A stretch of 64,000 bases of DNA from a virus. Lineage: Duplodnaviria > Caudoviricetes. The notes under the pieces are model-generated. The model was not told where the DNA came from and ran no database searches. It was given only the letters and a program-made list of their open reading frames with translations. This document shows, in pieces, positions 30,213 through 41,552 of the stretch. The stretch is taken from the IMG/VR virus record IMGVR_UViG_3300028624_000009, positions 5,329 to 69,328 of that record; one strand, 5' to 3'. The number at the start of each line of letters is the position of its first letter. The stretch's first letter is position 1. Both the position numbers and the translations under genes were made by a program.

Positions 30213-31517
30213 ATGTCAACAGATAGACAACCATGTGATATTTGCATGCGCATGGCCATCAACGATGGAACAAGATGGCTGAAAGAAAACAGAGCTATTG
30301 CCACGGGAAAATCTTTCGAGGATGTTGAAAAGATATACCGTGCAAAGTACCCAAATTATACAGCATCTTTCAAAATAGCATGGGCTAACATGTTTGGAGA
30401 GGATCAATGTTGAATGACCTAGTAGTTGCCGATATCCTGGCCAACGGAACACCGAACCTGTATTTCGATGCGAGGGTATCAACCGCAGACCAGATAGTCC
30501 AATATTTGAGAGGACTTGTTGATCAGTTGTACATGCTATATTACGACGGATACATAAGCCATTTCTTCTGGGAGGGCTGCCATGAGAGATCCCTGTATTG
30601 CAGAGTGCCCTTTTTGCTACCTTGTCCGCCAGAAGCTTTTGTAGAGTATTGCAAACTGGTTGATGCGTTCATAAAATACCTCAACGACAATCTTGCGATG
30701 GCTATCCGATGTGAGATAGCTCTCGGAGTTTTGACTAAACATTATCGACTGACATATGAGGTCACGACAATCTCGAAGATGATAGTTGACGTATTTGCCA
30801 ACAATTGGTTCGAGGCCAGGTACGAATCACTTGATGCGGTTTTTTCGGATCACAATATGGTTAATTATGATTTGATTGCTGTTGATCTAGCTGAAGAAGA
30901 GTTCAGAAAAAGGTGCGATGCTTGTGCATGCGATCATATATGCTAGGAAATTGAACAGGCAGCCGCATGGCTCCGAGATCATGAGCAAGACATTGCTGGA
31001 AACTCTTTGAAAACGTTGAGCCAATGTACATAAGAGGGCATCCTGGTCATTTTCAACCATTCATGATGGCCTGGTGCGCTAAGAATGGAGGAATTTGATG
31101 AATAACTACTGGTCTATGGGCCTTCCTTCTGGTAAGGTCCCTCAATTTGATTTTCCGATGCTGAAGATGAGCATGACGAATTTGCAAAGCAGTACTGACC
31201 AAAAGACTGTGGATGGGGGGCAGATCATCGGCAACTCCATCATAGCTGGAGACTACAGTGAGAATAGGGAATTGCCGAGTTATATGGAGCACCTTGTGGG
31301 CAAGATTGGGGTATGCACGCGGCCTAAAACCCATCTTGTCTGTGGGCAAGAACGCAGGGTACGGGGCAGTGGAACCTGGATCATAAACATGGTCGTTTGC
31401 GGTCGAGACAGGGTTCGCAAGGGGTTTTCCGAGCCCATGGTAAGTCCGTTTATGCAGGACTTCTTTGCCATTAAGGAACCTAAATACGACGATGAGGAGA
31501 TGACTTTTAAACTATGA
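30213..31517 (+). CDS. Hypothetical proteins (30213-30413, 30407-30946, 31095-31517)
   Basis: Co-oriented ORFs with GGTGA/GGAGG sites. Confidence 0.5.
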
Positions 31518-31644
31518 GTGCGTCGGGCCTGGTTATGTGCATATGCTGCAAAACTATGAAATCTGCGATTCATGCGTTGGTTGTTAGAAGCCGCAACGGT
31601 AGGTTGTGGATTGGTCGAGACATGGCTTATTATGAGTTGACGTA

Positions 31645-32124
31645 TTGCCCGTTTTGTGGAAAGGAGGTTGGGGTATGAATTGGAAAGAGCGTGCTATTAG
31701 ACAAATCTTTTTCGAGTGTAAGAGATGTGGGACATGTTGCCAGGAACCGAAAATTGTTGACATATATCCCAGGGATGCGCTTAGAATTGCAAGAAGGTTT
31801 AGGATTTCGATGAGACTTGCGGCTAAACGTCATTTCATGAGACATCCAAATGATGATGAGAGGTTGACGTTGCGGAATGTGGCTCCATGTGAGTTTTATC
31901 AAAATGGATGTCGGATATATCGGAGTAGACCTTTGATTTGTAGGATGTATCCTTATTTGGCCGGGCCGACGATTTATTGTGAGACACCAACGGGCGAATT
32001 GCCGGAAATGGATGACCAGGACGTGATTATTAAGTTGGCAAAGGTGACTAACCTGCGCATACTTGAGCTTGAGGATTATCTGAGGTATATTGGGGCATGG
32101 AAGGATGGGAGGTTCACGTCGTGA
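31645..32124 (+). CDS. YkgJ-family Cys-cluster (Zn/Fe-chelating) protein
   Basis: FECKRCGTCC...PCEF...CRIY.SRPLICRMYP. Confidence 0.9.
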   Translation: MPVLWKGGWGMNWKERAIRQIFFECKRCGTCCQEPKIVDIYPRDALRIARRFRISMRLAAKRHFMRHPNDDERLTLRNVAPCEFYQNGCRIYRSRPLICRMYPYLAGPTIYCETPTGELPEMDDQDVIIKLAKVTNLRILELEDYLRYIGAWKDGRFTS

Positions 32125-32400
32125 TTTCCGAGGTGATTAATGGGGTTCTTGTGTTTGGACCTGATGATATGACAGAGGAAGAGTATCTGGCTTGGAGAAA
32201 GAAGAAGGTTGCCGAGACTGATTTGTATTGGGAGGAGTTGAGGATGAAGTATAGAAATGGTGGCAACGAACGTCGAATAATGAACAAAGTGCGCGACTGG
32301 TTGCGATTTGTGAGAAATCGATTACGGTGGATATGATGTCAACTGATATTTATTTTTCAAAATCGATAACTGTGAAAATTTTTGAAATTTTTCGAAAATA

Positions 32401-32640
32401 ATTCAATTTTCTATTATAGAGAGGAGATAGGATAGATATAGAGTAAAGATAAGGATAAGATAATAGATGAGAGTAAGAGATAGATAAGTAAGATAGGTAG
32501 TTGGATATAGTAGATAGATAGTGTTAAGATAGTGGCTGGTAAGATAGTGATGAGATATATGGTATAGGTTATAGGTATTAGGTTATATAAGTGCGGTTAG
32601 TGGTTTTGTTAGGTAGGTCTAAGTGATCCTGATATTAAGT
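32401..32640 (+). repeat. Low-complexity GATA(G/A)-rich, almost C-free tract
   Basis: Repeated gatag/gataa/ggtat units. Confidence 0.8.
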
Positions 32641-32690
32641 CTGTTTCCAACCTGCAACCTATCTACCAACTAACTACTCCCTCCCCTCAA

Positions 32691-32729
32691 TCCCCTCCGC
32701 CGGAGGGGAAGGGCGCGCTAATGCGCGCC
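32691..32729. other. Two adjacent perfect GC-rich hairpins
   Basis: TCCCCTCC-GCC-GGAGGGGA and GGCGCGC-TAAT-GCGCGCC. Confidence 0.85.
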
Positions 32730-33724
32730 TATTCGTCGCCCTCTCTCTGCTATTGTCTGTCCTTGTCTCTTGCTGTCTCTTGTTTATTATCTTCTGGAAT
32801 CTATCTCTCTTGCTGGTCTTGAAAATCTCTTATTACTACTCTCTGTCTCCTGCTGTCTGCTCCTGTGGCCCAATGCCCAAAAATGTACATCAATGCCTGG
32901 TCTTGTCTAAAGATACCGCCGTGGGGTCATCAATGTACAAAATCGATCACTAGTGATAAGCTAGGTGTCATATGACCTTGATATGGGCGAACTGCTGGAT
33001 ATTGGGTCCGGGCCAGGCCTGGCGGAATGTGGGTCTTCAGCCATGTCCAGATATGTCCATCAGGCTGCACATATAACCCAAGACGGCTAGATATGTACAT
33101 TGGTGAGTCAATAGTTCCGTAGGCGGGTTGAGGCGTTTCTAGGGTTATATTACTGCCAACGCCAAAATGTACATATTCGTACATCAATGCACATCTCCGG
33201 GTCCCAATGCATATCTTCAAGCACCATTGCCAACCTCCCGCCGCCAATGTCCATTTCTGTGCACTGGGGTTCGGCCCCTCCCCTTGTCGCTTTATATCAG
33301 GATCGGTCCTATAATAGTAAATTGAATTAATTTAATTTTATCAATTTTCGTTTCATTTCTTTTATTTTTATTTAATTTCGAACATATCACATATACTCCA
33401 CATATAACCCATATATCGCTATCAGTAGCCACCATTGACCGCATATATCCCATATAATCGATAACAGGCAGCAATATCTCCCCTATATATAGATATACGC
33501 GTGCGTACATGATATATACAGCCGCCGGTTGCCGATTTTCCCGCCTTTCGTCGCCACCCCGCCACATCAAACCGATATCAAGCGACATTATCGCGGAAAT
33601 CGACCGCTCCAACCACCCCTCCCAATGTACAAATATGTACATCAACGTACAAGATATCACCATATCGATCACAGTAGGGCATAGTTGTTCAGCAAGCTTT
33701 ATATCCTCAAGGCCTAAGATAGGT

Positions 33725-34675
33725 ATTGTGCGAAGGCGAATAACCAAACACCGGAGCACAAAACCAAAATCCCAAATAGAGCAGGCAGGCCAAAACCGGC
33801 GATCTCTCCGAATTCCGGGGAAATGAGATCTTCATTGCTGGGCGGTTTGGGGTTAGTCAAAATCAATATCACAATGTATAGGCTCAATGAACTCAAATAG
33901 GCATCAATCGAGGTGATTCAGAGCAATTTCCAGGCAGGGAATACGGAGCAGGCATTTGATGGCAAACCTACTCCCGATTTTCTCAGAAGTCCCGAAAAGC
34001 CAAAAGCAATCAATCCACGTTAATCGATGGTTAGCCGTCCTAATCGCAAATCGGTCTCAATTCCGTAGATTAGGCTTAATATCAGGTTGAAGACTTGATA
34101 AACGGCATTGGCTCCACCTAAAAGCCAGAAGTTCAAAGATCAGGCCAGCCCTTCAGAGTCAGCCGGAGCAATGGATCAGTCCAGAGTGACGAGCCGAGAG
34201 AGGAAAAAATGATCACGGTTTGCTATCCCCTAGCAAATGCCGACGAAAAAGATAACCTCTCGCCTAACCGACTGACCAAACTCTGATACGGCTCAACTGA
34301 TCGATTCCGGGAATTTGACTGGCCCGGATGCGGCGGCTAGTGTAAACCAGAATTAGAGACGCCATCTCACCAAAATTCTGGTTGAACCATAGGGTAGCCG
34401 CCAAAGGCCAAAAATGCCCTTACTTCCGATCTAGCCCATATGCCCAAATAGCCGACAGCGAAAGGGCCTGATATGGGCAACGCACAGACAACGACGATGA
34501 GCCTTGTGTCTAGGGGAGACTCAGGGCTCCGGCAAAATGCAGCAGTGCAGGTTTGATTCCGGTTCGATTCCGGACACTGCTATTGGCGGGATTGCTGAAC
34601 TCCCTTCACAACCCGTCAACAGTGGGCGACACTTTTTCCATTGGCCTCCTAACCTTTGGGTGCGTCCACTGACCC
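33725..34675 (+). ncRNA. Candidate large structured non-coding RNA (boundaries approximate)
   Basis: No credible ORF; many nested helices; TTTATA box at ~33698; tRNA-like element near the 3' end. Confidence 0.55.
34541..34582 (+). ncRNA. tRNA-like minihelix (acceptor stem plus T-arm, no D or anticodon arm)
   Basis: AGCAGTG/CACTGCT 7-bp stem; TCCGG-TTCGATT-CCGGA T-arm; discriminator A. Confidence 0.65.
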
Positions 34676-34741
34676 CTAATTACCCTGATGAGTTAACCGA
34701 GTGTGATTTTCTCCAGGAAAGTAATAAAGGAGTGATACCAA

Positions 34742-35158
34742 ATGAGCAAAATAAGCATACTTAGAAAAAAGGTAGTTGAAACTGTCGAAAAAATAGATGA
34801 TGAGGCCATCTTAACCTCAATGCTTGTATTTGCGAGCACCGCGACTCAGACCCCCATCCAGACACAGCCCAAGACCAAAAAAGCGAGAACCCCCAAACCC
34901 ACCGCCGAAAAGACAAGCAGCAAATTGCTGATCGTCCGCTACGAACACAAGGGCAAAGCAATGATTGCGGTTCAGACCGTAGGCGGCAAGCCTGATGAGG
35001 CCATTCTCACCAAACTCAGGGCCTTCAAAGAGGCCAAGAAGCTCAGATTCTACGTAAACGCACCTCAAAACCCGCTTCCAGGAAACAACCCATTCTGGGC
35101 CGGACCCTATGATGAGGCCATAGTTGAAGCATTTCCCAGTGCGAAGGTTGTGGCCTAA
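34742..35158 (+). CDS. Basic hypothetical protein, first gene of the early-type cluster
   Basis: Strong GGAGTGA site; Lys/Thr/Pro linker. Confidence 0.75.
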   Translation: MSKISILRKKVVETVEKIDDEAILTSMLVFASTATQTPIQTQPKTKKARTPKPTAEKTSSKLLIVRYEHKGKAMIAVQTVGGKPDEAILTKLRAFKEAKKLRFYVNAPQNPLPGNNPFWAGPYDEAIVEAFPSAKVVA

Positions 35159-35283
35159 ATGACCACAACCACCTGCGACGGAATCACCTATTACGAAGAA
35201 TCGGGAGAGCTGATAGGCATCTCCGTGGAGGCAGAGGCATGAAGCAGATTGGTGCACGCAAAGCGTGTTAAGAACCGAGGCGA

Positions 35284-38200
35284 TTGCTGATGAAAGTAAA
35301 AGACATCCCAGGAGATGCGATGTTCATCTCGGACAGCCAAGACGTATCCCAAATTCTGGCCGATTTTGGAATTGTTGATGACGATATCGGAGCCATCTTT
35401 ATAACCCGAGACGGCACAATTTACGGAATTTCCGGCAATATCCCATACCTTGAAAAGCAAGTCTTTAGGCTTGGCCAGGACATAAATTATGCGGCGGATG
35501 ATTGAAATGTTAAGCACAGATGTAAAGGCTAATTACCTAAAGAATGGTGGTAATCGTTGCATATACTGCGATTCTGAAGAAATTTGGTCGGAGCATATAC
35601 GCCATGATGACGAGCTGTGGACTCTCACTCACTGCGAGCGTTGTGAAAAACTTTGGAAAGACCTTTATAAATTATCAGGAGTTGAAGAATACCATGCCGA
35701 CGAAGAAGAATAAACCCCACTATATCGCCATGAGTGGGTCTCATGGATGTCTCCCGGATCATCTGGCGTGCTTCAAAAAATATTCCGAAGCAGTCCGGGA
35801 TCTGATAGACGTTTTTCAATTACCCCGTGATGGGGTAAAAGCCACGGAATTGCGGAAATGCGGTTATGTTGAGCTGGATGAAGCGGACTGGCCGGGGAGA
35901 AATGAACATCGTTATGGGGCCGAGTACGCTGAAATTCAAAAGTGTAATTGCGATCATCCAAAGATTCATGATGAGGATTTTCAGGAGGGTTGATAATGCA
36001 AAAGAGATTGTGGCACTTCAGGATGCCAGGAATGGGCCTTTACTGTAATGATCTTGTATTTGATAAGCCAGTCTCAGAAAGACAAGCAAGAGCAGAATTA
36101 AGATTGAGAGACGGATACAAGCGACTTCCAAACGACACAGAATTTTGGTGAGGTCAAGGAGGTGGTGAGAGATGACAACCTGGGTTGAAATAAGTTCAGT
36201 TGTTGATGGAATGGTGATGGTAGAAGAGATCGATGAAGAGGTCGAGGAGATGGCCTGAGATGACCTGCAAACACCTAGATACTCTACCATGCGGGGATAG
36301 CCAGAGCATGAGCAGATGCCATCTCCATCCGGAGCTAGGCAGGTTCCAGACCTGGAGTAATTGCCAGGTCGACCGGGGTGGATGCGATGATTACGAGGAG
36401 GTGGCCTGAGATGGTCAGATTGTCTGGTATATGGTGGTTGGAATGGGAAGGATTTTGATTGAAAATGGCAAAATAACTCCAGCCTGCAAGGCTTTCAAAC
36501 CTAAAGGCGACGGCATAACAACTTGTGTTTGTTGTGGCAGGAAACTGACTCATCCCGAATCCGTTAAAGATGGGATGGGTCCGATTTGCTCTGGAAAAGC
36601 ACGTAGATATGGAGGTTATCATGAAACAAATTGTAAAGATTGATGAAGTCCTGGTTGACCAGATCATAAATGAGATGATCAGTATATTGGATAGTGATTA
36701 TTGCTCAGTAAATCGCAATAAAGTTGTATCTGCTGAACTGAGAATAACATCGGAATATCTTTCGCTGATACTGAACCTAACTGACGGTCTGATTGTAACA
36801 GTTGAAGAGATAACATATGAGCCAGATACATGGGATATTACAAGCTGGGCAGAGCCGGTTTTGACTAAGTTTGTTGAAGCATCAATCGACAACATAAAGG
36901 AGGAACAACGATATGAAAAATACTGAAACAATCGAAGAGACCAACGCACAGCCAACAACCAAAATCGTCTACAGGGATATCAAAAATCCAGGAACTGCCG
37001 CCGTATTAAGCAAAGGAACCGTGCCGTACCTGGAGAAGATTGCCGATTATCTAGGAATTTTAGGAGAATAAAATGACAAATATGTTAATAAGGTTTATAG
37101 GGTTCCTTATTGCCCTTATTGGTGCAACTGGTACACTCATTGGGGCGATTGGTGTTTTCGCAAGTGAAAATGGCCTAGAGGTACTATTCGCTGGCCTGAT
37201 ACTTGTAGTATCATTAATAAACCTGGGAATAGGATTAATCGCAGCAAAGAATTAGAGGAGATAAATATGGGCGAACTACCAATTATAGTAGAAGGAAATA
37301 TTGATGACTCTGATGAAGAATTGATTGCACAAGTTAACACATTGTTAAGTGATATTCTAGGAGAACCTGGAAGTCTAACAGTTGGCCGAATAACCAGAGT
37401 GACTGAAGAAATTCAAGATGGTGTTAAGGAACCTGGCTTTGTATGCGTATGGATTGATTGAAATAAGAATCAGGTGATAAAAAATGCCATACTTCGTAAA
37501 TTGCCAACATCAGTTCTATTCTGGTAGATATATAGTGGAAATAGCATATCCAGGAATCGATTACGCCGGTTCGGATATGCTCGCCACGGATTATCCAGGT
37601 GAAGGAGAATACGACGACCCAAGAGAAGCCTTGGACGCAGCGATCAAGGTCAGAGAGGCATTGCAGGCCGATCACCCCGATGAGGAAATAGGGATTGCGT
37701 TTGGCCATTTTGACATGGTAGAGGGCGAACCTCAAGATATTGATGAACTGAGAAAGGATATCGAGAAGCACTACGAATCATTGCCAAAATGTGATCACTG
37801 TGGCAAACCGAGAGATGACAAAGAGTTTTTCGTAATCTACGGAGATCCTGATTACGGAAAATTCTGTTCGGAATCTTGCGCAGAAGAAGCATTTATTGAG
37901 AATGAAGAACAAACGGAGGAATGAAACAATAGCCGCTAAGGTATTATCCCGACGAAAACTCAAAAAACTTCGAAAACTGGGCAATTGAGTTGGGATATGA
38001 TATTGATTCAAGAAGAGCTGAGACAATATATCACAATGTGAAAGCTGTGTCTTTGAACCTGAAAAATTTCTTGGGAAAAGAAGCTTACGAAACCTTGCTG
38101 AGGGAACCGGAGAGAATGTAAATGGTGATCGAAAAAGCGATACAACAACGCGATAAATGAGGTGGCGGCCATGGAAAAAGAGGCAAAATTGCGTATAGTT

Positions 38201-38671
38201 GATATATTCTTAAAATACGAAATTGATGATGACAGTTACATGTTAAACGACTACGGAAAGTTGTCAGATCACTGGGAAACAAATGCATTAAAACTTGGTC
38301 AACATTGGTTAATACCAATTCAAAAATGGCACGATCTAAAGGGAAAAGAACGTCGAGACGCATACCGATACGCAAACGAAGACAAAAAACGCGTCGAAGA
38401 TTGGCTAGACAATAAATGGTACTACGTGAGAGCCATCATAAAAATTGACTTGGAAATACGGATAAACAAAGAATCCTTAAGCACCTCAATATATGAATCA
38501 GCGTGGGGAATCGAGAGTGATGATCCAGACATGGGCTGGTATCACAGAGAGCTACTGAACGAAACCCGCAAAAGATTATCCAACATCGGATTCAGCATGC
38601 TGGAACTGGATACAGCATTCGAAAAGTATGCAAAGCTATCAGACAAAGAATTGCAATGGGAGGTAACATGA
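35284..38671 (+). CDS. Run of small co-oriented early-type genes, several with Zn fingers
   Basis: Overlapping or abutting ORFs with GGAGG/GGTGA sites; CxxC pairs in 35489-35713 and 37484-37924. Confidence 0.6.
36431..36643 (+). CDS. DUF6011-like Zn-finger protein
   Basis: CVCCGRKLTHPES...GMGPIC. Confidence 0.75.
   Translation: MVVGMGRILIENGKITPACKAFKPKGDGITTCVCCGRKLTHPESVKDGMGPICSGKARRYGGYHETNCKD
37073..37255 (+). CDS. Two-TM small membrane protein
   Basis: Two long hydrophobic segments. Confidence 0.7.
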   Translation: MTNMLIRFIGFLIALIGATGTLIGAIGVFASENGLEVLFAGLILVVSLINLGIGLIAAKN

Positions 38672-39441
38672 TACCAAACACAGATCCGAAAACAGGTATC
38701 AGATACGGAGTAATATCATTACACGATCTGGACCCATATTTTGCATATGAAGAATTTTATGATAACTCGGAAAACCTTGCAATAAAAGAAATCGAGCTTG
38801 AAATTGACGAATTGTTCGAACCAATAAAAGAGTTCGCAAAAGAACGAGGATTGGATAAAGAAACCGAAATCGAGAAATTAAAAGAATCAATCGCAGAAGA
38901 AATGTTCGAAAACTGGGACGAAAGTGAAGATTCGAGGATATATGAGCACGATGGATACAAAATACAATTGATCGATAATGATCTATTCATCGCAAAGTCG
39001 CCATACGTTACTTTCGGTCCTTTGTGCTCACCATGTGCACCAAATGCAGTGTATCTTGCAGATGCGGATGGAGAGAATGGATATATGACATATTGTCTAC
39101 CAAGTGATTTTTTTCCAGACGGAAAGGCTCCATACAAATATATCACTGTTGATGAAGTATATAACAGGACATGGAAGGCCCTATATCCAGACGACAAAAT
39201 GCCCGAATTGATCCAAGAAATGAACGATCTGAAGAAGTTCATAGATGAACAATTAGCAATCGAGACTAACCAAGACATTTTACATTGGATCAGAAACTTA
39301 CAAACAAACGTGATATTACTGATCGAAGCCCTATTCGCCGATCCAGATAGAGACAGAATAAAATTTTATCTAACATCGGTAAGGATGCAAATAGGAATGG
39401 TAAACGAAATGAAAAGGAGAGTTGAAGATGAAAACTATTGA
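38656..39441 (+). CDS. Virus-type hypothetical protein
   Basis: NTDPKTGIRYGVI and KSPY...CSPCAPNA motifs. Confidence 0.65.
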   Translation: MGGNMIPNTDPKTGIRYGVISLHDLDPYFAYEEFYDNSENLAIKEIELEIDELFEPIKEFAKERGLDKETEIEKLKESIAEEMFENWDESEDSRIYEHDGYKIQLIDNDLFIAKSPYVTFGPLCSPCAPNAVYLADADGENGYMTYCLPSDFFPDGKAPYKYITVDEVYNRTWKALYPDDKMPELIQEMNDLKKFIDEQLAIETNQDILHWIRNLQTNVILLIEALFADPDRDRIKFYLTSVRMQIGMVNEMKRRVEDENY

Positions 39442-39802
39442 GAGGGCTTAAAATGAGATATTTGGTTGTTTTGAAATCTGGCATTAAAATAACTATAAAT
39501 GAACTCACAAAAGATGAACTTGAAAATATCAGAAACAACCATGATAGCAACGTCACGGTGGGGTTTGGTCCAAATGGTTCATTTATAGAACGATCCGAGA
39601 TTGCAGCTATTGTGGCAGATTCAGTATTTACGGGATGAATTGTCGTGAAACCTTTTACAATAAGTGAAGAAGAATTAGTCAAATGCACAGCGTTTGCGCA
39701 TAGTCAGAAGGATTTTAGATATTGGAGCAATGAATTCGATATGTGTACCACTTTCAAAACCACACATTTGATCTGGGTTATGCGACGCATGGTGGGGCTA
39801 AG

Positions 39803-40246
39803 ATGAAATTCATTTGGGTTATCGCATTGCTGTGTTTGACACCAACAGTCATTGCCGGCAATCTTGAGGAAGTTGAAGAGCTGGTCAACTCTCATCATTT
39901 TACCCAGCCCTGGGAGGAGGATGTCTTTGATTGCGCGGACATGGCCTCTGCCAATTGGCAGTTCTTCAAGGACCACGGATATAACCCTAAAATCGTGGTT
40001 CGAACTGATCCCGGCCCTGGAGATCATTGCTACATAATAATCCCGATTGAAGGCGGTTTAACGGTGGGACTGGACACCTCGATAAGAATGGGGGCCAACC
40101 TTTCCAAGAATCTAGGGGCGATCAAAACGAATTTCGTATTCTACAGGTCATTTGACAACCCTGGGGAACTGGCACAAGCAGATAGAAGCATTGCTGAGAA
40201 TCGCAGGGGTCCATACCGGTTTCAAGGTGTTATCAATGAAAATTAG
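39803..40246 (+). CDS. Secreted transglutaminase/papain-like Cys-His protein, paralog of 21330..21767
   Basis: Signal peptide MKFIWVIALLCL; FDCADMA...HCYI. Confidence 0.65.
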   Translation: MKFIWVIALLCLTPTVIAGNLEEVEELVNSHHFTQPWEEDVFDCADMASANWQFFKDHGYNPKIVVRTDPGPGDHCYIIIPIEGGLTVGLDTSIRMGANLSKNLGAIKTNFVFYRSFDNPGELAQADRSIAENRRGPYRFQGVINEN

Positions 40247-40997
40247 AAAAGTTCCGCCAGGAAACGCAAATTGGCATCATGGGGCCAAGTTTGATGTTGC
40301 GTTTGGGGATGTTTATACCCTGAATGCAATGGGGGACCGAACAAAAATTGATGTTTTTATCAGGGACCGAACGAGCGGAGAGATCCAATACCGGGTAGGC
40401 AATGGCCGACAAATCGGCAACTTTCACCCGGTCTGGATCAGCTGGAACGGGAAAAAGATAGCAGTTGAAGAAATGTTGAGGTGAGATAAAATGGAAATAA
40501 CATTGGTAGACGGAATTAAAGACGGGCACAAATATGAGTTAGTGCTCGTTGATGGTAAAGAAACACCTATGTACGTTGCATCAAGACTGTTAACAAACAC
40601 TGATAGAGAGCGGGGTCTAGGAATATTTAATGGCGGAAACACCTGGTTTGAAAAGGGAGATATGCGTGCAACATTTGAATTTGAATACGCAAAATTCGGA
40701 ACTCCGGAATATGTAGATGTTTTGAGAAAAAGGATCGCAGAAGTTCGCAATTGGGTGCAGAATTTAGACTACGAGCATCGCATCTCATTTTTGGTCCCAG
40801 ACCCATGAGATGCATGCGATTTACAGTATCTTTTGATCTGGATTATGTTGATGAGCGGACCGGGAGCAAAACAGCCAGGTTGCTCGGGCAACATTCCAAT
40901 GACAAGGACTTTATTTTGGGATTTCTTCAGCACGTACCGTCGAAAGTAAGTATCGCAGAATGGACAAAAGATTTGGAAGAAAAGGAGTTGAAATAAG

Positions 40998-41411
40998 ATG
41001 AAAACAATACTTGGTATGTTATTGCTGATCGCAGCAATCGGGATAACCACGGGAACAGACTACAGCGAAATAGAAATGATAGGAGAAGATGTATTAGAAG
41101 ACGGTGCAAATGACATATACAAAGTAGACATCGACGTATCATCAAGTAGAGTATTGATCGATTATCGAACCGGCACCGTCGACGCAGACGAAATAGCTGA
41201 AGATATTGGAGCAGTGATCGGAACATATGTCTACATAGTACAATACTATGGAAACGTCGGAGACCTAATCGCAAAAATCAGAGCACCAAGCGGAGAACTT
41301 GTAGCAACATATAGTTGCAAAAGCAGATGGGTAGACGATCTAGATCCGGCTGATAAAGAGATGATGGCCGATATCTTACTGAAAGTAATGAACACAATCG
41401 AATTGGCATAA
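40998..41411 (+). CDS. Secreted or membrane-anchored acidic protein
   Basis: Signal peptide MKTILGMLLLIAAIG. Confidence 0.65.
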   Translation: MKTILGMLLLIAAIGITTGTDYSEIEMIGEDVLEDGANDIYKVDIDVSSSRVLIDYRTGTVDADEIAEDIGAVIGTYVYIVQYYGNVGDLIAKIRAPSGELVATYSCKSRWVDDLDPADKEMMADILLKVMNTIELA

Positions 41412-41552
41412 AAAAAGGAGAGTGTATTATGTACACCATGGAGGAACTTGCTGAAAATGTCGATCGTCAGTGCAAGATGATGAGAGAATATGGACAGCGA
41501 TTGAAAAGCAAGCGCGATGAGAAGCAAAACAACGAAAAAGAGAGTGACGAAA

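Noticed and set aside
32753-33896. ORFs listed in the control region
   Set aside because: Low-complexity, biased translations with no ribosome sites or recognisable motifs.
34541-34582. Canonical tRNA gene or attP site
   Set aside because: No D or anticodon arm and no integrase seen; kept only as a tRNA-like element.
34684-34724. Hammerhead ribozyme (CTGATGAG)
   Set aside because: No properly placed GAAA after a stem II, and no convincing stems I/III.
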